Positions 60,846 to 64,000 of a stretch of 64,000 nucleotides of DNA are shown here, piece after piece. This DNA is from Candidatus Poriferihabitaceae bacterium. GTDB taxonomy: Bacteria > Pseudomonadota > Gammaproteobacteria > Arenicellales > Poriferihabitantaceae. The DNA is taken from positions 1,249,979 through 1,313,978 of the forward strand of contig CBDFMY010000003.1 of NCBI GenBank assembly GCA_965249835.1, in the 5' to 3' direction. The notes under the pieces are model-generated. The model saw only the letters and a list, made by a program, of their open reading frames with translations. It had not been told where the DNA came from and did not search any database. Positions within the stretch are counted from its first letter, which is position 1. Every line of letters begins with the position of its first letter. A program made the position numbers and the translations under genes.

Positions 60846-62603
60846 ATGTCCTCACGCAAAAAAATCAGCAAGCCGCCGGTGTGGCGTCGGCGGTTAATTT
60901 TGACCGCGATGCTGTCGGTGTTCGCGGTGTTGAATTGGCGCGTGGTGGACTTGCAACTCACCCAACACGAACACCTGCAGACGCAGGGTGATGCGCGTTA
61001 CTTACGCATTCTGACGGTGACGCCGGACCGCGGGCGCATTCTTGACCGCAACGGCGAGGTGCTGGCGGTAAGCACGCCGGTGGGTTCGTTGTGGGCCAAT
61101 CCGTCGGAGTTTTGCGCGGCGCAGGCAAGTTGGCAACCGATGCTTGCGTTGGTCAAGCTTACGCAAAAACAACTTCGCGCGGCATGTGACAAACATAACA
61201 ATTCCGACTTCATGTATATCCGGCGGCGGCTGTCACCGATGCTGGCGCAGCAGGTGCGGCAACTCGCCATTCCCGGGGTCGGGGTGCAACAGGAATACAA
61301 ACGCTACTATCCGGGCGGTCCGGCCGGCGCGCATTTGATCGGTTTCACCGATGTGGATGACATTGGCCAGGAAGGGCTGGAACGCACCCACCAGACGCAA
61401 CTCGGCGGTCATCCCGGGCGCATCGGCGTGCTCAAAGATCGAGCCGGGAATTTCGTCGAGCGGGTCGAGAGCCTTCAGCCGGTGCGTCACGGTCGGGATC
61501 TGGTCATCAGCGTTGACCAGCGCATTCAGTCGCTGGCTGGCGATTATCTCGAAGCGGCGGTGCGCAAACATCGTGCCATCGCCGGCAGTGTGGTGGTGCT
61601 GGCGGTTCCCAGCGGCGAGATTCTGGCAATGGTCAACTCCCCCCAGTTCAATCCCAACGACCGCAGCACCATGACTCGTGACGCGTTGCGAAACCGCAGC
61701 GTAACCGATCTCATTGAACCGGGTTCCACGGTCAAACCATTCACCGTGGGCATGGCACTGGAGAGTGATGAGGTGGATGCCGACACGATGGTGGACACCG
61801 CCCCCGGCACCCACCAGATTGGCGGCCACACCATCCACGATGTTCACGACTACGGAAAACTGTCGGTGGCCGATGTGTTGGTGCGATCAAGTAATGTCGG
61901 CGTCACCAAAATCGCCATGGCGTTTCCCTACGACGACCTGTTCGACACGCTGGTTGAAGTCGGTTTCGGGCAACGCGCCGCCGACCTGCCCGGCGAAGTT
62001 GCCGGTGCGCTCAAAAGACGCAATCTCGAGATTGAACACGCTACCTTGTCGTACGGCTATGGCTTCTCGGTTACGCCGTTGCAACTGGCACGCGCCTACA
62101 CCGTGTTCGCCACCGACGGCGTGTTGTTGCCGGTTACGCTAACGCCCAAAGCACCGGGTTATCACGCTGCCGGAACTCGCGTGTTTAGTTCGAAGACGGT
62201 GCGCGCCATCCGCCCCATGCTGGAGCGTGCGGCAAGCCCCGAAGGCACCGCGCGCAAGGCGCGCATTCCGCGCTATCGGGTCGGCGGCAAAACCGGCACC
62301 ATTCACAAATTACACAACGGCACCTATCAGAACAAACGCTATGTGTCGTCGTTCGCCGGCTTCGCACCGGTCTCCGACCCGAAGTTCGTCATGGTGGTGA
62401 CCGTGGATGAACCACGCGGTCAGTTTTATTACGGTGGCGATGTCGCGGCGCCGGTGTTCGCCACCTTGATGAATGACTTGATGCGACTCTACAACATCAA
62501 GCCCGATGCGGCGTTGCATGCCCCGGTTCCGGTTCAGTCTGCGCCTCAGGCGGCAAGCGCGGCAAGCGAGGTAAGCACGGCAAATCAGGAGGGCGACGCA
62601 TGA
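60846..62603 (+). CDS. ftsI: Peptidoglycan D,D-transpeptidase FtsI (PBP3)
   Basis: Start ATG 60846 (MSSRKKISKPPVWRRRL); IEPGSTVKPFTV, RSSNVG, GGKTGTIHK. Confidence 0.96.
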   Translation: MSSRKKISKPPVWRRRLILTAMLSVFAVLNWRVVDLQLTQHEHLQTQGDARYLRILTVTPDRGRILDRNGEVLAVSTPVGSLWANPSEFCAAQASWQPMLALVKLTQKQLRAACDKHNNSDFMYIRRRLSPMLAQQVRQLAIPGVGVQQEYKRYYPGGPAGAHLIGFTDVDDIGQEGLERTHQTQLGGHPGRIGVLKDRAGNFVERVESLQPVRHGRDLVISVDQRIQSLAGDYLEAAVRKHRAIAGSVVVLAVPSGEILAMVNSPQFNPNDRSTMTRDALRNRSVTDLIEPGSTVKPFTVGMALESDEVDADTMVDTAPGTHQIGGHTIHDVHDYGKLSVADVLVRSSNVGVTKIAMAFPYDDLFDTLVEVGFGQRAADLPGEVAGALKRRNLEIEHATLSYGYGFSVTPLQLARAYTVFATDGVLLPVTLTPKAPGYHAAGTRVFSSKTVRAIRPMLERAASPEGTARKARIPRYRVGGKTGTIHKLHNGTYQNKRYVSSFAGFAPVSDPKFVMVVTVDEPRGQFYYGGDVAAPVFATLMNDLMRLYNIKPDAALHAPVPVQSAPQAASAASEVSTANQEGDA

Positions 62604-64000
62604 ATCCGCAAACTCGCCCGATCAACTTGCGCGGCGGGTGTAAGACACCGCCGATCAAGTCCCTCGGCGCATTGCTTGCCGGGTTGGCAACGGTAACGCC
62701 GCATAACGAACGCGGCATCAAAGGCATCAGTCTCGACAGTCGGCGGGTCAATGCCGATGACTTGTTCCTCGCCGTGCCCGGTGAGACTTGCGATGGACGC
62801 GACCACATCAAGCAAGCGATACAAAACGGTGCGGCGGCGGTGGCTTGTGAAAAATTTCGAATTGCCGGTGGTCGGGGAAATGAATGGAGCAATGAATGGA
62901 GCAATGATCGACACGCACATGGAGTGCCGAGTTTTGACATCGCCGGTCTTAAGAAAAACATCGGTGTCATCGCCGACCGCTTTTATGACCATCCTTCGGC
63001 GCGCATGCAACTCATCGGCATTACCGGCACCAACGGCAAAACCACCTGCGCCTATCTGCTGGCCCAGGCACTGCACCGCCGCGGCCAACGTTGTGCGTTA
63101 CTGAGCACCATCGGCAGCGGCTTCGTCGACCAGTTGGAACCGGCAACGCTGACCACCGTCGATGCCATCGCCACCCACCGCAAGTTGGCGGAGTTGCTGG
63201 CGGCCGGTGCCGAAGCGGTGTGCGTGGAAGTGTCGTCCCACGGGCTGGAGCAGGGGCGGGTCAATCAAGTAGCGTTTGATGTGGCATTGCTGACCAACTT
63301 AAGCCGCGATCATCTCGACTATCACCACAGCATGGAGCGCTATGCTCGCGCCAAGCGCAAACTGTTTCGCTTTGACCGACTGCAAAGCGTGGTGGTCAAT
63401 GTGGATGACGCGTTTGGCAGACGATTGCTGCGCGAGCACACCGCCGAGCAATGTTTCGGCTACGGCATCCGAGACGGCGACCTGCGCCCGCACGACCTGC
63501 AATTAAATGAAAACGGTATCGCCTTTGCGGTGGAATACCGCGAACAAACCGCGACCATCCGCTCGCCCCTGATTGGCGCGCTCAATGTTTTCAACTTATT
63601 GGCGGTCATCGCCACGCTACTCGCCTGCGGCCACGACCTTGACCGCATCGCCGCTGTCATTAGCCAATGCGGTGCGCCGCCCGGACGCATGGAGTTGCTA
63701 CGCAAAGACGCATCCCAACCCGCGGTGGTGGTGGACTACGCCCACACCCCGGACGCGTTGCAGCAGGCATTGTCTTGTTTGGCTGCGTTGTGCCGAGGGC
63801 GGCTGTGGGTGGTGTTTGGTTGTGGCGGCGACCGCGACCGCGGCAAGCGTCCGCAGATGGGCAAGGTGGCTGAGCGTTTCACCGACCGCGTGATCATCAC
63901 CGATGACAACCCGCGCACCGAGAATCCGAATGACATCGCCGCGCACATATGCAAGGGCATGACAAGGGGCATGCAGGACCAAGTCGTGGTGATCCACGAC
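62600..64000 (+). CDS. murE: UDP-N-acetylmuramoyl-tripeptide synthetase MurE, 3'-truncated by window edge
   Basis: ATGA overlap with ftsI; GITGTNGKTTCAYLLAQAL; VCVEVSSHGLEQGRV; NPRTENPNDI. Not in the ORF track because it runs off the window. Confidence 0.95.
   Translation, partial: MNPQTRPINLRGGCKTPPIKSLGALLAGLATVTPHNERGIKGISLDSRRVNADDLFLAVPGETCDGRDHIKQAIQNGAAAVACEKFRIAGGRGNEWSNEWSNDRHAHGVPSFDIAGLKKNIGVIADRFYDHPSARMQLIGITGTNGKTTCAYLLAQALHRRGQRCALLSTIGSGFVDQLEPATLTTVDAIATHRKLAELLAAGAEAVCVEVSSHGLEQGRVNQVAFDVALLTNLSRDHLDYHHSMERYARAKRKLFRFDRLQSVVVNVDDAFGRRLLREHTAEQCFGYGIRDGDLRPHDLQLNENGIAFAVEYREQTATIRSPLIGALNVFNLLAVIATLLACGHDLDRIAAVISQCGAPPGRMELLRKDASQPAVVVDYAHTPDALQQALSCLAALCRGRLWVVFGCGGDRDRGKRPQMGKVAERFTDRVIITDDNPRTENPNDIAAHICKGMTRGMQDQVVVIHD

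Overview
This 64 kb window looks like the chromosome of a gammaproteobacterial, probably sulfur-oxidising, organism. This placement is inferred from gene content and I ran no searches. Core blocks: (i) hldE C-domain/dolP/diaA-gmhA/yraN/lpoA with divergent rsmI; (ii) hemJ/gpsA/secB/rhodanese/ctp; (iii) dapF/DUF484/xerC/hppA; (iv) PPi-type phosphofructokinase; (v) a qmoA-qmoB-hdrC-hdrB electron-transfer locus; (vi) argE and a folK-folP fusion; (vii) rpmH-rnpA-yidD-yidC-mnmE-[MotA/MotB-like pair]-mnmG; (viii) hemW, orphan ParA, glutathione reductase; (ix) mraZ-rsmH-ftsL-ftsI-murE. The accessory content is the most interesting part. A methyltransferase/putative restriction cassette sits inside the qmo/hdr operon, flanked by 331-bp near-identical copies of the qmoB 3' end, and is followed by a methyltransferase-HNH fusion. 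A 37-bp duplication of the hppA 3' end flanks an XRE-like gene. Next to it is a zeta-like toxin with a 58-codon candidate antitoxin missing from the ORF track, plus a DUF4268/PD-(D/E)XK-like protein. There are decaying restriction and HigA-like genes at 41.0-42.4 kb, and several families of dispersed palindromic intergenic repeats. The uncharacterised MotA/ExbB-like + MotB-like coiled-coil pair between mnmE and mnmG and the zeta module are the best candidates for undescribed systems.
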